A stretch of 64,000 nucleotides of DNA from a virus, in the IMG/VR virus record IMGVR_UViG_3300020469_004451, positions 39,474 to 103,473 of that record; one strand, given 5' to 3'. The notes under the pieces were generated by a model that worked only from the letters and a program-made list of their open reading frames with translations, searched no databases and had not been told where the DNA came from. Numbering within the stretch: position 1 is the stretch's first letter; each line of letters starts with the position of its first letter. The position numbers and the translations under genes are program-made. This document shows, piece after piece, positions 58,791-64,000 of this stretch.

Positions 58791-58864
58791 CATCTCTCAT
58801 AGGAATCGAACCTATAACCTTCGGATTAGAAATCCGATGCTCTATCCAGTTGAGCTAGAGAGAC
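58791..58864 (-). tRNA. tRNA-Arg (anticodon TCT), CCA not encoded
   Basis: Cloverleaf: acceptor GTCTCTC/GAGAGAT, D arm GCTC/GAGC, anticodon stem TCGGA/TCCGA with loop TTTCTAA, T arm ATAGG-TTCGATT-CCTAT. Confidence 0.93.
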
Positions 58865-59154
58865 TTTTCGAATAATTCTTTTCTCTGCTCTGCTTTGGTT
58901 TGAAGTCTCAGAAAATCTTCAGCATATCTCCAAACTGAAACAGTTTCGGGGCATTCTTCAATCGCAGTTAGGAGCCTATCAGCAACAGCTTCTATATTAT
59001 ATCCGTCGCGTAATTTATCGAAGAAGGCTAGATAAATGCAGTAGTTGGAATCGGAGGACGGCATATTAGTTTTCCTCCACCTAATCAGCGAGTAAGTATC
59101 ATTGCGGGAGGACTCGCTCTTGAATTCAATATCTCCTATTCTGTAGTTGTCCAT
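58855..59154 (-). CDS. Hypothetical protein
   Basis: Own promoter TTGACT-N16-TATAAT (59161-59188); 3' end overlaps the tRNA. Confidence 0.65.
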   Translation of the reverse strand: MDNYRIGDIEFKSESSRNDTYSLIRWRKTNMPSSDSNYCIYLAFFDKLRDGYNIEAVADRLLTAIEECPETVSVWRYAEDFLRLQTKAEQRKELFEKSL

Positions 59155-59213
59155 AGCGTTATTATACCATTTTCCAAAACAAAGTCAAGTTTTCTTTTCT
59201 TTTATCATTACGC

Positions 59214-59292
59214 CATAAGTCGTTGATTATTAAGGAGTTACGCCAGCGCGGGGGGCGCGCCGCCGTAACCCGTTGACGCTCAACGAGTTACG
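59214..59292 (+). repeat. 79-bp double-palindrome element, copy 2
   Basis: Arms 59214-59242 and 59264-59292; core CCAGCGC-G6-CGCGCCGC. Confidence 0.9.
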
Positions 59293-59303
59293 AGGCTTAC
59301 TGA

Positions 59304-59549
59304 TCAATCACCACAACTACAATTTTTATTTAAGTTACAGACCAACGTTTGCAGTTTTCTCTCGATGCTTTTCGCGCCGTCCTCTCCCCAAAACCAACTT
59401 AATTCTCTAGCCCAATCGAATTTTTCATTTTCATCTGTTACGTGTGCGCTTGTTAGTAAGATTTCGCAAGTGTTAGGATCGTATCGCGTATCTATCAACG
59501 CAGTGCTTTCATCTGGACAAGGCAAAAGAACTCTCAGTATATATTGCAT
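59304..59549 (-). CDS. Hypothetical protein
   Basis: 81-aa ORF, co-oriented with neighbours. Confidence 0.55.
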   Translation of the reverse strand: MQYILRVLLPCPDESTALIDTRYDPNTCEILLTSAHVTDENEKFDWARELSWFWGEDGAKSIERKLQTLVCNLNKNCSCGD

Positions 59550-59626
59550 TTGTTCTTATGAAAAGCTTTGGTGAATAAAGAATACGATGCAGCCGACGAC
59601 GATAAGGTAAAGTGTATAGAAGTCCA

Positions 59627-60319
59627 TTACCCTATGACAAAACCAGTATTGTCTTTTTTTGCAAGTCCTTTCTCGACTAGCCCAACGACAACGTTGTTGG
59701 GATCAAGGAAGCGTAGGTCATCTTCATCTCCATCCACAACTGCTCTGCCCTTCCAGCTTTTAGGAAGTTGATTGCGAAAGACTGCCGCGACATTGCCTCC
59801 ACTGGCAAAAAGAGAATCGCAAAGGGATTCATTATCTTCCTTACGAGAGAATGTAAGGTGATAGTTTGACGGTAGCTCGCCAGCAAGGTAAGAAGTAAAC
59901 CTCTGCGGGTCTGGAGTATAATCATAAAACTGAACTCCCTTGAACGCATCTAGAACAGTCTCGCCAGCGTTCTTGATTTTGTGGAATGGCAAATCGCTTG
60001 TGAGATTCAAGCGGAAGCACGGTGACATCGCCTTACGTGCCGCACTTTTGATAGAGCTTTCAATTTCCTTCCAAAGCATATCAAGGAAGGTCTGCCGCTC
60101 TTTAAAGAACAAAAGAGTTTTATTGATTCTGGCGGTTTGCACGTTGGACATTGCGCCCCGTCCAGCCGTATTAAGGCAAGCCGCAGCACAGCCAGCACTA
60201 GCATTAGCGCAGACATTATAACCAGAGATTTTTTCGGGCGCAAGGTGCATACCATAGGTGATATAACCTTTTGCCTCGCCTTTCTTCGTTTTGGTATTGC
60301 CAGAGTTAAGTAACTTCAT
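59627..60319 (-). CDS. GP88-like phage protein
   Basis: N.K..K, LAP, CANASAGCAAACL..AGRG, RLN.TSD, FYDYT, NYHLTFS, DGD..DLRFLD; promoter at 60341-60368. Confidence 0.75.
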   Translation of the reverse strand: MKLLNSGNTKTKKGEAKGYITYGMHLAPEKISGYNVCANASAGCAAACLNTAGRGAMSNVQTARINKTLLFFKERQTFLDMLWKEIESSIKSAARKAMSPCFRLNLTSDLPFHKIKNAGETVLDAFKGVQFYDYTPDPQRFTSYLAGELPSNYHLTFSRKEDNESLCDSLFASGGNVAAVFRNQLPKSWKGRAVVDGDEDDLRFLDPNNVVVGLVEKGLAKKDNTGFVIG

Positions 60320-60376
60320 GTATTAGGTGGTTGAGATTGTATTATACAGTAATTTAAATTAAAGTCAAGCCATGAT

Positions 60377-60853
60377 TTAGGAATCGTAATCTCTTCTTTT
60401 ATTTGCTTCGACTACAAGCTTTTCCATGCAATCATTATTATGCTTACAGGTCACAGGATACTTACAGGTAGATTCAACGCACAATTTGTCCGCTAAGATT
60501 TTACCCTTGCCAGAATCAATAGCCAATGAGACAAGCCCCGCGCTTAATACCTTTTCTTCTTTTGTTGTATAAAAGTGGGCAAACTTATATGGGTTATAAG
60601 ATATTCTTGTGGGCGTTTCAATAGATGCCTCCGATACAAAGCCCTCCACAAATGCGTGGACGTTCTTTCGCTTCTCTCTTAGAACCCTAGCCCTGCCAGC
60701 TTGAGACACCTTAAACTTTGCGTCCTTTAAGATTATGTTAGAAGAATATCCCCTAACAATCCAACTACCCTTCTCATTCTTCTGCTGAACAGAAAAAACT
60801 TTTTTATGCAAGTTAAAGTAAACTCTAACAGGCTTTTGATTGTCGATATTCAT
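60377..60853 (-). CDS. Conserved hypothetical phage protein
   Basis: VYFNLHK..FS...VSQAGR.RVLREKRKNVHA...YNPY motif set. Confidence 0.7.
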   Translation of the reverse strand: MNIDNQKPVRVYFNLHKKVFSVQQKNEKGSWIVRGYSSNIILKDAKFKVSQAGRARVLREKRKNVHAFVEGFVSEASIETPTRISYNPYKFAHFYTTKEEKVLSAGLVSLAIDSGKGKILADKLCVESTCKYPVTCKHNNDCMEKLVVEANKRRDYDS

Positions 60854-61104
60854 TAGTAAGATAAAACCTCAAAAGAATTTGTCTCTTCTAAGAAAGCACC
60901 AGACTTATCTGGCATAGGATAACCACCAACGGTAGCATCTGGAAATCTACCGAAACAATATGTTCTGTAAACGCCCGTAATGCCTTTCATCTTACCCTTA
61001 TCATCTTGGTCAAAAATTTCTGTTACCCTGACAATATAATAGGATTCCTTGGAACCCGTAGGAGTAACCTTCACAATAGAACCAGTTCTGAGATGCTCGA
61101 TCAT
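60853..61104 (-). CDS. Hypothetical protein
   Basis: ATG 61104 preferred, downstream of TTGCGC-N16-TATAAT (61111-61138). Confidence 0.6.
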   Translation of the reverse strand: MIEHLRTGSIVKVTPTGSKESYYIVRVTEIFDQDDKGKMKGITGVYRTYCFGRFPDATVGGYPMPDKSGAFLEETNSFEVLSY

Positions 61105-61208
61105 GTCCAGATTATACCATAAAATAGAAATAGCGCAATATATTTTTATTAGTAATATATCACGCAATCGCGCCATGCCAGTTGGCATCTATTTTTTTCT
61201 TGACAAGT

Positions 61209-61287
61209 CATAACTCGTTGATTATCAAGCAGTTACGACGGCGGGGGGGGCGCGCGCTCGTAACTCGTTGAACCTCAACGACTTACG
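61209..61287 (+). repeat. 79-bp double-palindrome element, copy 3
   Basis: Arms 61209-61237 and 61259-61287; core ACGGC-G8-CGCGCGCT. Confidence 0.9.
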
Positions 61288-61312
61288 AACACTAGCGTTT
61301 AGACAATAAAAC

Positions 61313-61336
61313 AGGGCGCGAGTTGCCCCGCGCCCT
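61313..61336 (-). terminator. GC-rich hairpin/terminator (duplicated at 63188-63211)
   Basis: AGGGCGCGAG..CCCCGCGCCCT downstream of the DUF932 gene. Confidence 0.6.
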
Positions 61337-61362
61337 ATCATATGCCCATTTGTGTGTGAGTG

Positions 61363-62346
61363 TTAGTCGATCACTGCGACCTCTTCTGTCTGCGCGACCT
61401 CTTCGGCCTCTGTTTCTGCGAAGCTCTCTTCGAAGTTTGCTTGGCCCTCTTCGCTGGAAGGATCACCCTCTTGAGCGATTTCCTCACCAACAACGCGAAC
61501 GTGTCCAGCGACCGCATCCATGAGAGACTGCATATTCATTGTGCGCGTCGGCAACTTGGAAAGATCGGAGCCTTTGAGGATTTCGGTGACGGCATTGTAA
61601 AGCCCCCACAGGTTTTCACCCTGACCAAACTCCAAAGCGAGTTCCGCTTCTTTCGCACCTACAGCAACGTCGAACGCCTCTTGATCGAGATCATCCACGA
61701 AACCTTGCTCGCCTTGAGTGGTCACGATGAAGTCATCTTCCTCGATCATATTCTTGGCGGCAAGCTCTGGTTTTTCCCAAAGCTGGATAACGTCGTAAAG
61801 CTTTTGCTTCATCAACGCACCACCGTCTACAAGTCTTACAGCCAGTTCAGCAGCTTCGGCGCGCGTCAATTCGCAATCCTTGTAGGATTCGATGCGCTTT
61901 GACATATCAAGCCATTCAGTCACAAGCGAGGCGATCACCTTAGTGATTACGCTAGGCAAGTCGCGCAAGATTTGCGTGGTGTGGCGGCGACCGATTACTT
62001 TCTCGGAAGAGAAGCAAAGGTTGTCGCACACCATCATGCGGTTGCCAATGCAAATGCCAGCAGCGAAAGCCTTGTCGTGAGAGTTGCGAAGACCGCAAAC
62101 AATCTGGCGATCTTCGCCAGCAAGGTCTTCGCGAGTGAGAGCAAACCCGCCAAAGTAGCGCAAGCCGCCACGGTCGAGTTTGTGAGCTTCTTCGACAATC
62201 TCAAAACCAGCAGCCTCAAGAGCTTTTTTGGTTTCGTCGATTAGCGTAGTGTGGGGAATCGGAGTGTGGCGACCAGTGGAGTCAGGAGTGACAACAGCGG
62301 CGACTTCTTCAATTGAGCAGGTTCTGTTTCCGTAGATTAGTGACAT
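61363..62346 (-). CDS. DUF932-family protein
   Basis: H.PIPH..L, GLRNSHD, G....VCDNL.F, RRHT, LWGLYNAVTE; promoter at 62383-62411. Confidence 0.75.
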   Translation of the reverse strand: MSLIYGNRTCSIEEVAAVVTPDSTGRHTPIPHTTLIDETKKALEAAGFEIVEEAHKLDRGGLRYFGGFALTREDLAGEDRQIVCGLRNSHDKAFAAGICIGNRMMVCDNLCFSSEKVIGRRHTTQILRDLPSVITKVIASLVTEWLDMSKRIESYKDCELTRAEAAELAVRLVDGGALMKQKLYDVIQLWEKPELAAKNMIEEDDFIVTTQGEQGFVDDLDQEAFDVAVGAKEAELALEFGQGENLWGLYNAVTEILKGSDLSKLPTRTMNMQSLMDAVAGHVRVVGEEIAQEGDPSSEEGQANFEESFAETEAEEVAQTEEVAVID

Positions 62347-62403
62347 GATATTTTAATTAGGTTTTAGGTTAACAACAAGGAGAGTATAAACTATTTTCTT
62401 TTA

Positions 62404-62607
62404 TTAGTCAAGAGAATATCCGAAATTATTTTCAATTTCTTCATCCTCACATTCGGTTCCGATGGAGCAAATCCCGCGAGTCAGCGAAATCTCATCGTAA
62501 ACATCTTGAAGGCGTTCGCGCAATAACGGGTTACCATCAAGCGCGGATTGTGTTAGGTCATCAAGGCCAAAGTCGGCTATCAGTTGGGCATCTGTTTTAT
62601 CAGGCAT
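62404..62607 (-). CDS. Hypothetical acidic protein
   Basis: 67-aa ORF with a promoter-like sequence at 62614-62642. Confidence 0.55.
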   Translation of the reverse strand: MPDKTDAQLIADFGLDDLTQSALDGNPLLRERLQDVYDEISLTRGICSIGTECEDEEIENNFGYSLD

Positions 62608-62712
62608 AGAAATAATTTAGCGTATTAAGTGGTTTACCTCAAGACTTTTTTTATTAGCTTAGATCACGTAATCGCGTAACATGGGTTGGCATGGTTACTG
62701 AAACGCAATCTG

Positions 62713-62791
62713 CGTAAGTCGTTGAGTATCAGTGACTTACGACGGCGGGGGGGGCGCGCCGTCATAACTCGCTGGCGCTCAACGGGTTAGA
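62713..62791 (+). repeat. 79-bp double-palindrome element, copy 4
   Basis: Arms 62713-62741 and 62763-62791; core ACGGC-G8-CGCGCCGT; overlaps the stop codon of 62787-63011. Confidence 0.9.
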
Positions 62792-63011
62792 CATCATACC
62801 CCATTGATCGCCCGTAAGCTAAGAGCCGGTCATGTTCGCGCTCGTATTCGCGAAACTCTACCGTCCCTAACGGGTAGGGGTTGAACTCCTCGGTTTCGGG
62901 ATTCCAATCGCACCCGCACTCAGCGTTCGCGGACTGATGCGCCCTCTGCTTGGGCGACAGGCTTGGGTTGGTATGAGGGTTTTCGGTGGTAGCGTAATCG
63001 TTGTTGTTCAT
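62787..63011 (-). CDS. Hypothetical protein
   Basis: Single gene between repeat copies 4 and 5; promoter TTGATT-N16-TAAATT (63018-63045). Confidence 0.6.
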   Translation of the reverse strand: MNNNDYATTENPHTNPSLSPKQRAHQSANAECGCDWNPETEEFNPYPLGTVEFREYEREHDRLLAYGRSMGYDV

Positions 63012-63084
63012 AGATGTAATTTACCACATTATCAGAATAAATCAAATTCTTTTTGTGTGTTTTATATAGCGCGATTGCGTATTA

Positions 63085-63163
63085 TATAACTCCTTAACAA
63101 TCAAGCAGTTACAACGGCGCGCCCCCCGCGCAGCCGTAACTCGTTGACGCTCAACCAGTTACA
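63085..63163. repeat. 79-bp double-palindrome element, copy 5 (core inverted)
   Basis: Arms 63085-63113 and 63135-63163; core ACGGCGCG-C6-GCGCAGC. Confidence 0.9.
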
Positions 63164-63424
63164 CGCACTAACATATAGGCACGACATAGGGCGCGAGTCT
63201 CCCCGCGCCCTAGCCATGAACAAGAACCGCAAACCGTATGCGATGTTAAGAAAAAATGTTATGTTCTCTCAGATGCCAGCGGGAATTTATGTCCAAAGGG
63301 TATCTCCTTGTCACCCGCCCATAATGGCAAGACCTTTTTTATCTTATGACATCTGGGAAAACACAATATTTATTTTTTTGGTATTAGGGCGGGGGCTGCT
63401 AGTGGCATACCCCCGCCCATTCTT

Positions 63425-63679
63425 TTATTCACCAACAAGGTTGAAGTCAGTGATTCGGATGCCCTTGAAGGAACGGATGCCTCCGTTAGTCCTATCACTA
63501 GCATAATTGTAGAACGTCCAGTTACCGTTATCATCTGGAGTGCCAGTGTCAAGTCGCACCCTGCGCTGACTCGCTCTACCTTTACCGTCCACATAGCTGA
63601 ACGTAGCAATTGCAGGTTCTCCGTTAAGGATTTTCTTTGCTATTTCAACTTTGACTTCTGCGTTTAGTTCTTTTAACAT
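63425..63679 (-). CDS. Stand-alone WYL-like domain protein
   Basis: FSYVDGKG..SQRRV.....Y...R....RSF...RI pattern; promoter at 63735-63763. Confidence 0.6.
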   Translation of the reverse strand: MLKELNAEVKVEIAKKILNGEPAIATFSYVDGKGRASQRRVRLDTGTPDDNGNWTFYNYASDRTNGGIRSFKGIRITDFNLVGE

Positions 63680-63776
63680 TTTGGATTTACCTTTCTGTTT
63701 TTTGTTTTGATGAAGCGGATTTTCCGCTGAGAGTATTATAAACTATGTTTTGATTAAAGTCAAGACTTTTTTTGCA

Positions 63777-63986
63777 TTAAGCGTGGCAGCAATAGTAAAC
63801 CCACTTATCTCCTTCTTCATATCCATAGACATTACTGAGATTCATCATGCAAAGGTATTCAGCTACCTCTTCACCGAAGCCTTTTGTGCAAGGGTCATTA
63901 TCACAGATCACCACGTAATCACAGTCATCGTAAAGACCATGATGCTCCTTGTCATATTGTTCTACAGTAACTTTTAATTTGTCCAT
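63777..63986 (-). CDS. Hypothetical protein
   Basis: 69-aa ORF with a TATACT -10 box just upstream. Confidence 0.55.
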   Translation of the reverse strand: MDKLKVTVEQYDKEHHGLYDDCDYVVICDNDPCTKGFGEEVAEYLCMMNLSNVYGYEEGDKWVYYCCHA

Positions 63987-64000
63987 GAGGTAGTATAGCA

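Noticed and set aside
31507-61188. ORF-track starts at 31507, 52193, 55256, 56250 and 61188
   Set aside because: These extensions run through promoter boxes; downstream ATGs (31543, 52214, 55295, 56304, 61104) fit better
61323-62244. Plus-strand ORFs 61360-61902, 61972-62244 and neighbours
   Set aside because: Antisense shadows of the GC-richer DUF932 gene
57979-63163. CRISPR array interpretation of the 29-bp palindromes
   Set aside because: Arms occur only in pairs around a conserved 21-bp core, copies are 0.4-2 kb apart, and there are no unique 30-40-bp spacers or cas operon
57979-63163. Calling the region a bona fide integron
   Set aside because: No intI in the window, several ends read CTTAC rather than GTTRRRY, and the genes carry their own promoters; kept only as an analogy
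63144-63506. 120-aa plus-strand ORF
   Set aside because: Starts at a TTG inside a repeat arm, crosses hairpins and opposes local transcription
1-64000. Alternative genetic code or cellular chromosome origin
   Set aside because: Long genes are intact under code 11 with all three stop codons used; gene content and organisation are phage-like

Overview
A 64-kb segment of a large, AT-rich, tailed dsDNA bacteriophage genome. There are no rRNA or ribosomal-protein genes, genes are densely packed, and no integrase or CRISPR is visible. From left to right: (1) virion-type proteins rich in Ser/Thr-Gly dipeptides (266-6425). (2) Nucleotide metabolism (nrdA, nrdB, dUTPase, dNMP kinase), a phage sigma factor, and a candidate ~240-nt structured ncRNA at 10400-10640. 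(3) A large glycan-modification locus: about nine glycosyltransferases including an apparently split GT9 heptosyltransferase, plus hldD and gmd; rfaE1/rfaE2, a cupin, an FkbM methyltransferase and sulfotransferases lie elsewhere in the window. (4) A bacterial-type replisome: RecA, DnaB, DnaG, a Cas4/AddB-like nuclease, a Pol III alpha split into PHP, exonuclease and core genes, a ClpA/C-like ATPase, a RuvB-like ATPase and a Whirly-like SSB. (5) Lysis-type membrane genes and a tail fibre. (6) An early/accessory region (52-64 kb) of small genes, many driven by their own TTGACT-N16/17-TATAAT promoters with near-leaderless starts, plus tRNA-Arg(TCT). The most striking unexplained structure is a family of five 79-bp elements of exact 29-21-29 geometry (two self-palindromic arms around a G-run/GGCGCGC core) that partition the early region into gene modules; one copy has its core flipped relative to its arms and flanks. 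All product calls come from motif recognition by eye; no database searches were run.
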